Origin: an uncultured Chloroflexia bacterium | GTDB taxonomy: Bacteria; Chloroflexota; Limnocylindria; Limnocylindrales; CSP1-4 | Length of the DNA: 64,000 bases | Direction of reading: 5' to 3' | Assembly (NCBI GenBank): GCA_963725745.1 | Contig: CAVRZS010000005.1 | Coordinates: 1,583,276 to 1,647,275 of the forward strand | Part shown: positions 51,401 to 63,138 of the stretch, piece after piece | Layout of the letters: each line of letters opens with the position of its first letter | Position numbering within the stretch: the stretch's first letter is position 1 | Notes under the pieces: generated by a model | The model's input: the letters and a program-made list of their open reading frames with translations, nothing else | Told to the model about the DNA's origin: nothing | The model's database searches: none | Position numbers and translations under genes: made by a program

Positions 51401-53437
51401 CATGCACTTCTCCGCGATCGTCGCCGAGGAGTCGATGGGCACGGCGCTGCAGTCGTGGGCAGACCTCCACGATCCCGGGACCAGCTCCCTGCGGCTGCGG
51501 TTCGTCGTCCGCCGCAAGGACGGCAGCACCTTCCCGACCGATCTCTCGGCGGTCGGCATCTTCGAGGACGGCGAGTTCAAGGGCGCCCAGGGCACGGTCC
51601 GCGATGTCAGCGAGCGCGAGCGCCTCGAGCGCATCGTGCACGAGTCCGAGGAGCGGTATCGCTCGCTTGTCCAGTCCTCGCCCGACCTGATCTTCGAAAT
51701 GGATGGCCGCGGGATCTACACCTTCTATTCGGATCGGACCAAGGAGGTCATCGGCTGGCTGCCCAACGAGCTGATCGGCCACTCGTTCACCGAGTTCATC
51801 GACCTCGAGGCGTTTCCGCAGGCCCGCGAGCGCCTGGCGGAGATTGCGGCCAACCCCGGCCACCCATCGACCGATCGGTTGCTGATCCGGCACAAGGACG
51901 GGCACAGGATCCCGTTCGAGGTGAGCGTAGTCGGCCAGGTCGACGACGGCGGGCAGCTCGTGGCGATCCGGGGCGTCGCCCGGGACATCAGCGAACGTGA
52001 GCGCCTCGAGCTCGAGCTGCGGTCCTCGGAGGAGCGCTACCGGTTCCTCGTCGAGAACGCCCCCGACATCGTGTTCAGCGCGGACGCCCTGACCCGCTTC
52101 ATCTACATCTCGGACACCGTCGAGCGCCTCACCGGCTGGCGGCCGGACGAGCTGATCGGCGAGACGTTCGAGAAGATCGTCGCCCCGGCGACCATGTCCG
52201 TGGCCGGCGAGCGGTGGGAGCGGGTCGCCGCCAACCCCACGGTCCCGCAGGTCCTGCGGCTGGAGCTGATGCGCAAGGACGGCGGCTCGGTTCCGGTCGA
52301 GATCCACTCGGTCGCGCAGCTCGATGGCAACGGCGACTTCGCCGGCGTCCACGGCTCGGCCCGGGACATCGCCGAACGGGAGCGCCTGGAGCGCGAGCTG
52401 CGCGAATTCGGAGGTCAGATACCGCTACCTCGTCCAGTCGTCGCCCGACCTCGTGTGGATGACCGACGACTTCGGCCGGCTCACGTTCGTGTCCGACCAG
52501 TCGGGCTCGATCCTGGGCTGGGAGCCGGAGGAGCTCATCGGCCGCTCGTTCAGCGAGCTCGCCCCGCCCGAGGACCGTCGCGCCGCCATGGCCCGGTTCC
52601 GGGCCCTGCGGACCCACCCGCACGAGGTGCATCGCACGCGGCTCAAGGTGGTCAGTCGCGACGGGCGCGAGCTCGCGATGGAGATCACGAGCATCGGCAT
52701 GGTCCAGGACGACAGGTTCATCGGCGCGCACGGTGCCGCCCGCGACGTCAGCGAGCGCGACCGGCTCGAGCAGGACATCCGCCGCCAGGCGGTGGAGCTC
52801 GCCTCGTCTGAGGAGCGGTCACACCTCGCCCGCGAGCTGCACGACTCGGTGACCCAGGCCCTGTTCTCCATGACGCTGCTGTCCCGCAGCATCGAGCTGC
52901 TCCTGGTGAAGGACCCCTCGCAGGTGCCAGGCAAGCTGGCGTCGCTGCGCGAGCTGCAGCGCGAGGCCCTGGCCGAGATGCGGGCTCTGATCTTCGAGCT
53001 GCGGCCGGGCAACGTCGAGGAGAACGGGCTCATCCAGGCGCTGCGGACGCACAGCGCGGCGCTGTCGGGCCGGATCGGGCTGCCGGTCGTGGTCGAGGGC
53101 GAACTCGCGGACCGGCCGTCGCTCGACGTCGAAGAGGGGCTGTACCGGATCGCCCAGGAGGCGCTCCACAACGTGGTCAAGCACGCGGCGGCGAAGCAGG
53201 TGCGGGTCGAGGTCGGCCGGGTGGCCGATGGAATCCACCTGCGCGTCATCGACGACGGGCGCGGGTTCGACCCGACCACGGTCCCGGACGGCCACCTGGG
53301 CCTCGCCGGAATGCAGGCCCGCGCCGAACGGCTGGGCGGCAGCATCACGGTCGCCTCGGTCCGCGATCAGGGGACGACGATCGACGTGGTCGTCCCCGAC
53401 GGGCGCACGACGGCGGGGCGACGGCGACGGCGCCTAG
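48465..53437 (+). pseudogene. Giant multi-GAF/multi-PAS sensor histidine kinase (HisKA_3 + HATPase_c), interrupted by a 1-nt frameshift near 52405; 3' end approximate
   Basis: At least 5 GAF and at least 4 PAS domains separated by the recurring ERERLE linkers. HisKA_3 box LARELHDSVTQALFSM. G1/G2 ATPase boxes. The frame switches from the 48465 ORF to the 52324 ORF at CGCGAATTCGGAGG. Confidence 0.8.
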
Positions 53438-53559
53438 CGGCGCCGGCCGCGACGAATGTCGCACCGGCGCTGCGTCATTTGCCGGATTGCCATGTCCGGC
53501 GCGCGTCACTGCCCCGCATCCGGGCGTTGTCCGCCACGATCGTGTCATGTCAGACCACG

Positions 53560-54000
53560 TCCCGCCCCCGCCGCCGCAGCCGCGTCACCGGCTGCCGCCC
53601 GCATCCGCGTGCTGGTCGTCGACGCCGACGACCGCACGCGCGAGAGCCTGGTCGGGATCCTCGGGATCCGTCACCGCTTCTCCGTCGTGGGCAGCACCGG
53701 CCAGATCTCCGAGGCCATCGCGATCGTCCGTCGACAAGCACCCTGACGTCGTGATCGTCGACCCCCGCCTGCCCGAGGTCCCGGCGGCTGTCGCGCTGAT
53801 CCGGCGCCTGCGTGCCATCGATCCCGGCCGTCGCACATCCTGGCCGTCGGCTGGTCGCCCGACCTCGAGAACGCCGCGCTCAGCGCCGGCGCCCACGCTT
53901 CATGCGCAAGTCGCTCAAGCCCGGCGACCTCGACGTCGCGGTCGCCGATGCCTCCGGAGCGCCGGCCTGGCACCGCCGATCGGCCCAGCCGCCGAGCCGG
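53560..54000 (+). pseudogene. Response-regulator receiver-domain gene with at least 2 frameshifts
   Basis: IRVLVVDADDRTRESLVGILG...HPDVVIVDPRLPEV...ILAVGWSPDLENAALSAGAHAFMRKSLKPGDL is spread over three frames. Confidence 0.5.
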
Positions 54001-54101
54001 TCCCCGGACCGGGCCTGGTCCTGTAGTAGGATGCCGATGCAGTCGATTTCCGCCCGTCAGCGCCAATCACCGCAATCTCCCGACCCCCCGGAGAGCAGCC
54101 C

Positions 54102-54770
54102 GTGGACGAAGCCCCGCCCATCCGCGTGCTGCTCGTCGACGACCATGCCGTCGTCCGGACGGGCCTGCGGGCCTTCTTCGACCTCCTAGACGACATCGAG
54201 GTCGTCGGCGAGGCGGCCGACGGCAGCGAGGGCGTGGCGATGGCCCGGCGGCTCGACGCCCGACGTCATCCTGATGGACCTGCTGATGCCGAACATGGAC
54301 GGCGCTGACCGCGATCGGCCGGATCAAGGCCGAGCGACCCCGAGATCGAGATCGTCGCGATGACCAGCTTCATCGAGGAGGAGAAGGTCACGGCGGCGCT
54401 CGAGGCCGGCGCGACGGGCTACCTGCTCAAGGACGCCGAGCGCCGAGGAGGTCGCGCCGGCGATCCGGGCGGCGCTACGCCGGCGAGGTCCACCTCGACC
54501 CGCCGGTCGCGCGGCTGCTCGCCCAGCGGATGCGCGGCGAAGACGGAGCCGGAGCCCGGTCGAGCCGCTGACCGAGCGCGAGAAGGACGTCCTGCGCCTC
54601 GTCGGCGCAGGGGATGAGCAACAAGGAGATCGGCGCACGCGCTGTTCATCACCGAGCGGACCGCGCGGACGTACGTCAGCAACATCCTGGGCAAGCTCGG
54701 CCTGGCGAGCCGGACCCAGGCCGCCCTTTGCGCGGTGGAGCACAAGCTCGTAGAGTCGCCCGGCACCTGA
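54102..54770 (+). pseudogene. NarL/LuxR-family response regulator with about 6 single-base insertions
   Basis: Receiver (IRVLLVDDHAVVRTGL...DVILMDLLMPNMDG...) and LuxR HTH (LTEREKDVLRLVGAGMSNKEIGARLFITERTARTYVSNILGKLG) are reconstructable only by hopping frames about 6 times. No in-frame stops within the segments. Confidence 0.7.
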
Positions 54771-54819
54771 CACCCGGCCCCACCCGCCGTAGGATGCGGG
54801 TCCTGGGGAGGTTTGCGCC

Positions 54820-55605
54820 ATGACCACGCCCGATCCGATGACCCCGCCGCCGGCCGACCCCGGCGCCCCCGGAGGTGCCGTGCCTCCGACCGCTCGATCC
54901 GATGCCACCGCGAGCCAGCCCCGTCGAGCCGCCGCCGTCGAGCCCGCCGCGGCGTCGAGCCCGCGCCGCCGAGCCCTCCGCCGCGGGCGCGGCGCCCGTT
55001 TCGGCGGCGGCCCGCCGCGCCCTGGACGAGGCTCCACCCCGGCCCCGCCGGCGCCAGCGGCCCGGCGCCCGCGCGGCATCGTGGTCGGGATCATCCTCGT
55101 CGTCGTCGGCGCGATCGTGCTCGTCGGCCCGGCCGACGTCACGCTGGGCGCCTCGGCGTGGCCGCTGTGGCTGATCGTTCCGGCGCCGCGATGGTCGTCG
55201 CATCCTTGCGACCCGTCCCCGCGGCTGGGCCGGCGGTCTCGCGATCCCCCGGCGCCATGCTGGCGATGTCGGGATCGTCCTGTGGGTCCAGTCGGCCTAC
55301 AACCTGTACGCGGAGCTGGGCCTACGCCTGGGCGCTGGTCGCCCCGACGGCGGTGGGCCTGGGGATGCTGTTCTATGGCATGGCCCGGGGCGACGGGGAG
55401 CTCGTCCGCGACGGGTTGCGCATGACCGCGACCGGGATCGCCCTGTTCTTCGGGTTCGCGTTGTTCTTCGAGGGCGTGATCGGCCTGTCGGGCCAGCGGT
55501 TCCTGAACGTTCGCTGGAGAACCTGCCGACCTGGCCTATCGGCCTCGGGGTGGTGCTCGTCGTGCTGTCGCTATTCACGGAACGCCGCCCAAAAGAGCGT
55601 CTCAG
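54820..55605 (+). pseudogene. Pro-rich membrane protein (LiaF-like third component?), frameshifted and 3'-truncated by the IS481 insertion
   Basis: ATG with GGGGAGG SD. TM segments IVVGIILVVVGAIVLVG and WAYAWALVAPTAVGLGMLFYG in different frames. The IS left IR begins at 55606. Confidence 0.35.
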
Positions 55606-56627
55606 TGTCGTCACCACGGACGTTGTTGACAACCGAGAGCCTCCGGGCACGGTACGGGGTGTTGAAGCTCCGCACCGTGAGGAGGCTCTCGTGGCTCATC
55701 GTACGGCCCGTCTCAACGCTTCGGTCGCAACTGCTGGTGACGCGGGTGATCGTCAGGCTGGCCGGTGGCGACCGCCGCCGAGGCCCAGGGGATCAGCCGG
55801 GCGACCGGCTACAAGTGGGTCCGCCGCTACCGGCTCGAAGGCCCGCCGGGCTGGCCGATCGGAGTTCGCGGCCGCACCGCTCGCCCGGGCGACGCCGGCG
55901 GCCGAGGTCGAGCGGATCCTCGCCGCTCGGCCGAGTGGCGCTGGGGTCCCGATCGCCTCGGGCCGCTGCTCGGCCACCCGCCGTCGACCGTCGCGGCGGT
56001 TCTCCGCCGCACGGCGTGCCGCGGCTGGCCGATCTCGATCGGCCGACCGGGCTGCCGGTCCGGCGCTACGAGGCCTGCCACCCGGGCGCCCTCGTCCACC
56101 AGGACCACAAGAAGCTGGCCGGATCCCCGACGGCGGCGGCCACCGGGCCCTCGGCCGGCCACCGAGGCCCGGCGACAGCATCGCGCCGGACCGGCTATGA
56201 CCACTTCGAGGTGTCGTCGACGACCGCAGCCGGCGCTCGGTCGTGGTCCAGGTCGCCGACGAGAGCGCCGCCAGTGCGGCGGCGCGCCCGAGCTGGCCCT
56301 GACAACGTTCGCAGCCGAGGGCATCGCCGTCGAGCGGGTCATGACCGACAACGCCTGGGCATACCGCTCGAGCGGCGTATCGGGCGGTCCTCGGCGAGCG
56401 GCGCCAGAGCCGGACGCGGCCGTATCGACCGCAGACCAACGGCAAGGCCGAGCGGTTCATCGGGACACTCGTCCGCGAGTGGGCGTACGCCCGACCTACA
56501 CGCACGAACGCCGCGCGCTCGACGCCCTGCCGGGCTTCGTCGACTTCTACAATCAGCGCCGCCCGCACACCGCGCTCGGCGGCCTCTGCCCCTCGGCCGT
56601 TGGTCAACAACGTCCGTGGTGATCACA
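55606..56627 (+). mobile_element. IS481-family insertion sequence (about 1.02 kb)
   Basis: Terminal inverted repeats TGTCGTCACCACGGACGTTGTTGAC (55606-55630) and GTCAACAACGTCCGTGGTGATCACA (56603-56627) match in 23 of 25 positions and start with TGT. Flanks TCTCAG / TCTAG are a possible degraded target duplication. Confidence 0.8.
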
Positions 56628-56631
56628 TCTA
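55691..56631 (+). pseudogene. IS481-family DDE transposase with multiple frameshifts
   Basis: GTG with GGAGG SD. Segments [60 protein letters not shown] and [13 protein letters not shown] are recognisable across all three frames. Confidence 0.8.
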
Positions 56632-56689
56632 GTCGGGCAGTTGCCGGGTGGGGCCGCGACGTGGCCGCCTGCGACTGTCCCCCGCTCTG

Positions 56690-57190
56690 CGCAGCCCTCA
56701 AGTCGATCGCGAGCACCTTGTAGCGGATCTCGCCACCCGGCGTCACGATAGTCACGGCGTCGCCAACGCGGCGACCCATGAGCGCCGCCCCGACCGGCGA
56801 CACCGAGGAGATGCGCCCCTCGCGGCTGTTCGCCTCCGCCGACTCCGACGACCTGGAAGCGTCGATCTCGTCGCCGTCGACCGAAACGGTCACGTGCGAT
56901 CCGAGCTCCACTCCGCGCGCCGCGTTCCGTCGGCGCCACCACCTGGGGGCGACCTTGAGCTTGGTCTTCTCCAGCGCCTTGATCCGGCCCTCGAGGGTTC
57001 CTTGCTCTTCGCGCGCCGCGTGGTACTGGGCGTCTTCCTTGAGGTCGCCGTGCTCGCGCGCCGTCGCGATGCGCTTGATCACACCTGGCCGCTCCGCGAG
57101 CAGGCCGGCGAGCTCGGCCTGCAGGCGCTTCGAGGCCCTCGGCCGAAACGAGCACGGGTTCCGGCGGCGGCTTGCGCGGCGAACCCTGGG
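56690..57190 (-). pseudogene. greA: Transcription elongation factor GreA with at least 1 frameshift; approximate ends
   Basis: [53 protein letters not shown] and C-terminal [14 protein letters not shown]...[20 protein letters not shown]. The N-terminus and the region after KALE are in other frames. The 3' end abuts the IS right end. Confidence 0.65.
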
Positions 57191-57300
57191 CAGCGTAGCC
57201 GGCCGCCGACGCCACCCGCCCCACACCCCGGCCGGGCGATGGGCGTGCGACGACGCTTCGCCTCGTCCCTGGCGCCGTCGGCTTCGCCCGCCGGTACTCT

Positions 57301-58065
57301 CTACGATCCGCGACACTGGGGCCCTTGGGCTCGGGCGGCTTGACCTCGGCCAACATCGGGTTGGCGATCCCCGTCTCCTTGCGTATCCCCGACGGTGAAC
57401 GAAGGACGGCCCACGGCAGCTACGCTTGCCGCCGCGCCCGCGGACCCCTTGCCGACCGCCGCCCGGTCCGCATCGGTGATGCCGCCCGCGAAGGCTTCGA
57501 GCAGCCCGTCCTCGTATTCCTCGGGCGCATCGGTCGCCGCCCACCACACTCTGAAGGTCTGTCCGTGTTGCGCAGGAAGTGCAGCCAGACGCCCGATGCC
57601 GCGGGCTTGGCGTTGCCCTGGCACCGTCTTGACGATCGCCGCGATGCTGGCCCCGCGACCGAGCCCAACGTGCTGCCGATGTAGGATCGATCGGCTGGGA
57701 TCGGGCAGCCAGAACGAGGCGAGGCGCTGCTGGAGGTCCTTCGACGTCGGGCGCACCCCGTCGAGCAGCAGGCGCGCGACGCGCTCCAGCCATTTGCCGA
57801 TCAGGGGCGACGTCCAGCGTCGGGGCCGGCGTCCGGTGCGGCGAGCTCGATGGACGAACACGCCGGGGGGCGGAAAAGCCGCACGGGCTTGACCCCAGGT
57901 CGCCCGGACCGTCGGCGATGAGGCCGACGTCTCGGAGCAGGTCGGCAGCGGTGGGGTGCGATGGGCATAGTGGGTCGTGGTCCCCGGTGTCTGGGGTGGA
58001 GCGGGCCGCGTCGACCGGCCTGCAAAGGCGCGTCTCCTTCGCGTGTCAGCGTATCGTCTCACCAA
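57301..58065 (-). other. Degenerate ORF of unknown function between greA and the beta-lactamase-like gene
   Basis: Minus-strand GC3-rich segments ([37 protein letters not shown]; [34 protein letters not shown]) in shifting frames. No family recognised. Confidence 0.2.
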
Positions 58066-58539
58066 TCATGCCGAACGAACCCAAGCCGCGCCCGCCCTCT
58101 CCGGCCGCGATGTCTAGCGACCGCCCCGATGGCCGGCCTCCGAGGGGGCCGCGGCCTCGCTTCGGCCTCGCCCTCTCCTGACTGGGGCGCGGCGACCGTC
58201 CTCGTCATCGCCGTCGCTCATCGCGGAGTGTCGCGCTGCCTCGGCGGGTCGGGACGCCCGCGCCCTCGGGTGTCGCCGCTGCCGCCACCTGGCCGCGGCG
58301 ACCGCCTCCGCGCCGTCGGCCGTTCAATCGGCAGCCAGCGCTCCCGGGTGCAACCCCCACCCAGGTCGAGGCAACTCGCGAGCGCCGACCTGCGGACGCC
58401 CAAGCCCGTCCCAATCGCCCAGCCGACGCCCGCGCCCACAGCCCCACCGGCCTCCCACAGCCACCCGCGGTCGCCCCCGCCCCGGGGCTGGGACGACGAC
58501 CGTTCGCCCAACCACAACGCGTCTGCAGCGCCGTGCTGG

Positions 58540-59600
58540 ACGCCTGGCGGGTGAAGAACCTGGCCTCCCGGGCGTCTCGGTCGCGATCGCTGTGGGACGA
58601 CGGGCGCCGGCCTCCCTCGGCGCGTCGGGCTCTGCGGACATCGCCGACGGGTGGAGGCCGTTCACGCCGGATACCGGCTTCGCCCTCGCGTCGATCTCCA
58701 AGACGTTCACGGCCGGCGGTCGTCCTCCAGTTGATCGAAGAAGGCAAGCTCAAGCTCGACGAACATGTGGCGCCGTTGCTGCCCGGCCTACGGCATCGAC
58801 CGGCGGGTCACGGTCTAGGATGCTGCTCGACCACACTCAGCGATCTGACTGATTCTCTTCTTCAATCCACGGATCGATCACGCGCTCCAGTCCCCCACCC
58901 GGACGCGACCTGGATGGACGAGAGCGCACCTGGCGGCTTCGTCCCCACCCGGCCGCATCCGTCCCGGCAAGGTCTGGGCCTACTCGAACACCAACTACCT
59001 CCGTCCTGGGTGAGCTGGTCCAAGGCGGTGACCGGCCGCCCTCTCGGCGAAGGAGGCCGCGACCGACTGTTCGGCCCGCTCGACTCTCCAGCACGGCCTG
59101 GTACCAGGGGGCAGAGAAACCGCGGGCCGACCTCAGCATGGGCTACCGGCTGGTCGCCCGGTCACGGGCGGCGTCGAAACCTCGTCTCCGGTCGCCCCGC
59201 CGAGCGACGTGATGCCGTTCCGCTCCGTCGTCACCGCCGCTGGCGGCGCCGGGCTCGATCGCCGGCGACGGCGAAGGACACGCGCACGCTGGATGCAGGG
59301 CGTTCGCCCACGGCGGCCAAGGTCTCGTCTACCCACGATGCAGGCGGCGACTATCCGGTGTACGCGTCGTACACGCGGGCACTCCCACGCGGCAGTTCAC
59401 CTTACGGCCTGGGGACCAGGCTGGTGTCGATCGATCGGCTATCCGGCGCTCGGCCATTCTCGGCCGCTACCTCGGCTACCGCAACGTCGTCCTGCTACCT
59501 GCCCTCGGTGCGGGTGTCACGATCGCCGTGCTGACCAACCAGGGCGTCGTCGACCCGTCTGGGTCATCGCCTCGTCTGGTTGCTGAACGCTCGCCCTGAG
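58540..59600 (+). pseudogene. Beta-lactamase/transpeptidase-family serine hydrolase with multiple frameshifts
   Basis: SxxK nucleophile motif FALASISKTFTA, then VVLQLIEEGKLKLDEHVAPLLPGL and YSNTNY...VTGRPLGE in other frames. Confidence 0.55.
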
Positions 59601-61100
59601 GCTAGCGGGGCGTAACCGGCGATTTCAAGGGCGACTGGGCCCTTATCTGCCTCGGCCGCTGTGGTCCCCGTGGCGCCATGCCGCCCGGCGGGGGCGCCCC
59701 CCCCGCCTGAAATAAATCCGCCCGCACCGCGCGGCGCCCGAAGCGGCTGGGGCTCCGGCGTCCCGGCGCGGGACGAAGCCGGGCTCGGTGCCCTCCCAGG
59801 GGATCGCGATCCGCAGCAGGCGCTGCACGCCCTCGCAGCAGGTCCGCCTCGTCGATGGCACACGAGGCTGACGGCGTCGCCGGTCGCCGGGCCCGGCCCG
59901 GACCCCTCGACCGATCCGGTGGACGTAGTCCTCGGGGTTCCAGGGAAGCTCGAAGTTGACGACGTGAGGCAGGTCCTCGATATCGAGCCCGCGCGCGGCG
60001 ACGTCGGTCGCGACGAGGACCCGGATCTCGCCCGCCTTGAACGCCTTCGAGGGCCTTGGGTGCGGTCGGACTGTGCCCGGTCCGAGTGGATCGCGGTCGG
60101 CCGCGACGCCGTGCCGGTCCAGCCACGACGCGAGGCGCGAGGCGGCGAGCTTGGTCCGCGTGAACACCAGCACCTGGTGCCAGTCGCCCTCGATCGATCA
60201 AGGTGGGCCAGCAGCTCCTCCTTGCGGTCGCGATCGACCGGGTACACGAGCTGCCGCACGCTCTCGGCGGCGGTGCCGTGGCGGGACACCTCGATGGTCA
60301 CCGGGTCACGCAGGATCGAGCCCGGCGAGGCGCTTGATGTCGTCTGAGAACGTGGCCGAGAACAGCAAGGCGCCTGGGCGCGACGGCAGCAGGTCGAGGA
60401 TGCGGCGGATGTCGGGCATGAAGCCCATGTCAAGCATCCGGTCGGCCTCGTCCAGCACCAGGATCTCGACCTGCCCCAGGTTCCCCGCGCGCTGGCCGAC
60501 CAGCGGGAGCAGGCGCCCCGGCGCGGCCACGAGGATCTCGATGCCTGCCCGGAGCTCCTTGATCTGGGGGTCGAGCGGCACGCCGCCATACACGACCGCC
60601 GACCGCAGCGGCACGTGGCGGCTGAGGCTCGACGCCCTCGGCCACCTGGACGGCGAGCTCGCGCGTCGGCGTCAGGACGAGAGAGCGGACCCGGGCGCCC
60701 GGCCGGCGAGAACGAGGTGTTCGCCTGTGGCCGGAGCCGGTCGAGGATCGGCAGGGTGAAGGCGGCCGTCTTGCCGGTGCCCGTCTGCGCGGCGGCGAGG
60801 ACGTCCCTGCCCTGCGAGCACCAATGGGAATTGCCCGTTCCTGCACCGGTGTCGGCTCGGTGTAGCCCCCCTCCGGCGACGGTCCGCAACAGGTCGGCGG
60901 ACAGGCCAAGTTCGTCGAAGCGCAAGGGTGTTCTGGTTCTCCGAAATATCGGTCGCGTGGGCGGCGACCTCGTCGTCGGTGTCGTTATCCGGCGCGGCGC
61001 CCACCCGTCGTGCGGGGGCGGCGGCGACCACCGGTCGGCCGGAGCATACCTGACAGTGGGCCGATGGGCGCACAGGGAACGCGCGCGATCGATGCCCCGC
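59600..61100 (-). pseudogene. DEAD-box RNA helicase with multiple frameshifts
   Basis: Q-motif/motif I region (GGYTEPTPVQERAIP...AQTGTGKTAAF). DEAD ([15 protein letters not shown]) and SAT (LLFSATF). C-terminal helicase domain ([14 protein letters not shown]...HRIGRG). These lie in three different minus-strand ORFs. Confidence 0.7.
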
Positions 61101-61119
61101 GACGCTCTGGCGTCGCGTT

Positions 61120-61562
61120 TCGGTGCATGAATATGCGCACGACACCCCGCCGCGCTGCGTGAGGGCGGCCGCGGGTATGCACTCGAGGCCGTCGAAGCCC
61201 TCGGGATCGAGCCCGCCCGCGTGTTCAAGACCATCGTCGTCGCGATCGATGGACGCCTGGGCGTGGCGGTCGTTCCGGCGGACGCCGAGGTCGACCTCAA
61301 GGCCGCGGCCGATGCGCTTGGCGGGCGAAGGGCCACGATCGCGCCGCCCGCCGAAGCGGAACGGGCAACCGGCTACGTGCTGGGCGGAATCAGCCCGCTC
61401 GGCACGAGGCGTTCGCTGCCGACCGTGATCGACAAATCGGCCACCGGCTGGCCAACGATCCACGTGTCGGCCGGGCGTCGGGGCCTGGAGATCGAGCTTG
61501 CGGCTGCGGACCTCGTCCGGCTCACTGACGCGGCATTGGCGCCGATCGTCCGTCGGCCCTGA
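61120..61562 (+). pseudogene. YbaK/ProX-like aminoacyl-tRNA deacylase with at least 1 frameshift
   Basis: C-terminal YVLGGISPLG motif (ORF 61221..61562). The N-terminal part (MHEYAHDTPP...) is in the 61123 frame. Confidence 0.5.
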
Positions 61563-61748
61563 GTCGCGGCCCCGGCACTTCGAGGAGTCGCAACGCCGTC
61601 TGGCTTGCGACGGACCGCGGGCGGGCCCATGCTGCCCCGATGGCGACGGCGGTCCCGCTCGTGATCGATCTCGCGATCAAGACCGCCGTGATCGTGCTCT
61701 CCCTCTACCCCTCGTGAGCCCAGATCGTCGCACTTTGCCGGCAAGGCC

Positions 61749-62249
61749 ATGGGCGTCCGCGCCGTGATCTACCCGGCCCTGGTGCTGCTCATTCCGGCAG
61801 CGTGGCTGCTCAGCGGACGTCCCCGGCCGTACCCGTACATGGCCGACATCGCCCTGGGCCTGCCGTTCGCGATCGATGCCGGCGGCAACGTCCTGGGCCT
61901 GTTCGCGATCTCCGGGTTCGATGCCCTGCCACACGCAATCGGCTGGTTCTGCCTTGCGCTCGCCTTCGGGCTCGCGGTCGCGCCGATGGCCGGGCCGCGA
62001 TGGGCGGTGTTCCTGTTGGTCGTCGGGTTCGGGGCGACCATCGACGTCCTCTGGGAAATCGGCGAATACCTGCTCATGAGGAGCGGGTCGTCCGGCCTCC
62101 AGCTCACCTACGAAAACACGATCCAGGATCTCGGCACGTCGTTCCTGGGCGGCGTGGCAGCCGCCTTCGTGATCGTCACGACGCTCTGGCCGCGCGCCGG
62201 CACGCCGGCTGCACCGTTTGGGTGGCAGGTCGGACGCGACGGCGAATGA
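61749..62249 (+). CDS. Integral membrane protein (166 aa)
   Basis: Four or five hydrophobic helices. Intact ORF. Confidence 0.5.
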   Translation: MGVRAVIYPALVLLIPAAWLLSGRPRPYPYMADIALGLPFAIDAGGNVLGLFAISGFDALPHAIGWFCLALAFGLAVAPMAGPRWAVFLLVVGFGATIDVLWEIGEYLLMRSGSSGLQLTYENTIQDLGTSFLGGVAAAFVIVTTLWPRAGTPAAPFGWQVGRDGE

Positions 62250-62504
62250 CCTCCCGCGCGGCGCCGGCAAAGGTGCCTGTCTGTCCGGGCCAGGCGTTGC
62301 GGGTCACGCCCGGTGGCACGGGCGCGGGACCCTCGCAGCGGCAGCGCGCGATGTCCTACCCCGCGATCTCCGCACGCTCGGTCCACAGCGCGGCGACCAC
62401 GAGCGCCCCGATGAGCCAGATCGCCACCACGACGAGCGCCGCGTCGGTCCCGAGACTCATGGTCGGGCCGCCGCCCCTTCCACTCCCGCCGCCGGGCACC
62501 CTTG

Positions 62505-62750
62505 TCACGACGACCACGGCTGAACGGGCCGACCGAGCAGCTCCACATTGCCGCTGTCGGCACGTATGAGGCCCGTGAGGATGCGCATCGTGGTGGTCTT
62601 GCCGGCCCCATTCGGTCCCAGGGATCCGTACACCACGCCCGTCGGCACCCGCAGGTTCAGGCCGTCGAGCGCGACCTGCGACCCGTAGCGCTTAGCGAGG
62701 CCCTCGGTCGCGAGCGCCACGCCAGCATCAATCGCCACTGTGCCTCGCCG
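62505..62750 (-). pseudogene. Remnant: N-terminal about 75 aa of an ABC ATP-binding protein
   Basis: GLAKRYGSQVALDGLNLRVPTGVVYGSLGPNGAGKTTTMRILTGL, then a stop at 62505. No continuation in any frame. Confidence 0.45.
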
Positions 62751-63138
62751 GTCTCCCCACCGCTCAGGTCGAGGTGCGGAGACGCACCAAACGATCGCGG
62801 AGGGGCATGACCTTTTTGGCGGATGGCGTTCCGCGGGCCGGTGACGTTTCCTTACGGCTAGACCGGCGTGGCATACTTCGCGAGTCCAAGGGGGACCGCA
62901 ACCACCCGAACGCAGACAGGCCACACAACCGAAGAGCCGTCGTCACGGACAGGCACCTGTCGCGCCCCTTTCGGGTGGTTTGCCCACCCGGCCCCGGATC
63001 GTCCCAGCGATCCTCGTCGTCCGCTCCAACGGACCCGACGTGCCCGGCCCCGCCGCCCCGTCCTGCCGTCGACGGCCACCACCCCCACCGTCGCCCTGCC
63101 CCAATGCATGGCGTTCCGGCAGAGAGGAGGCAAGACGA

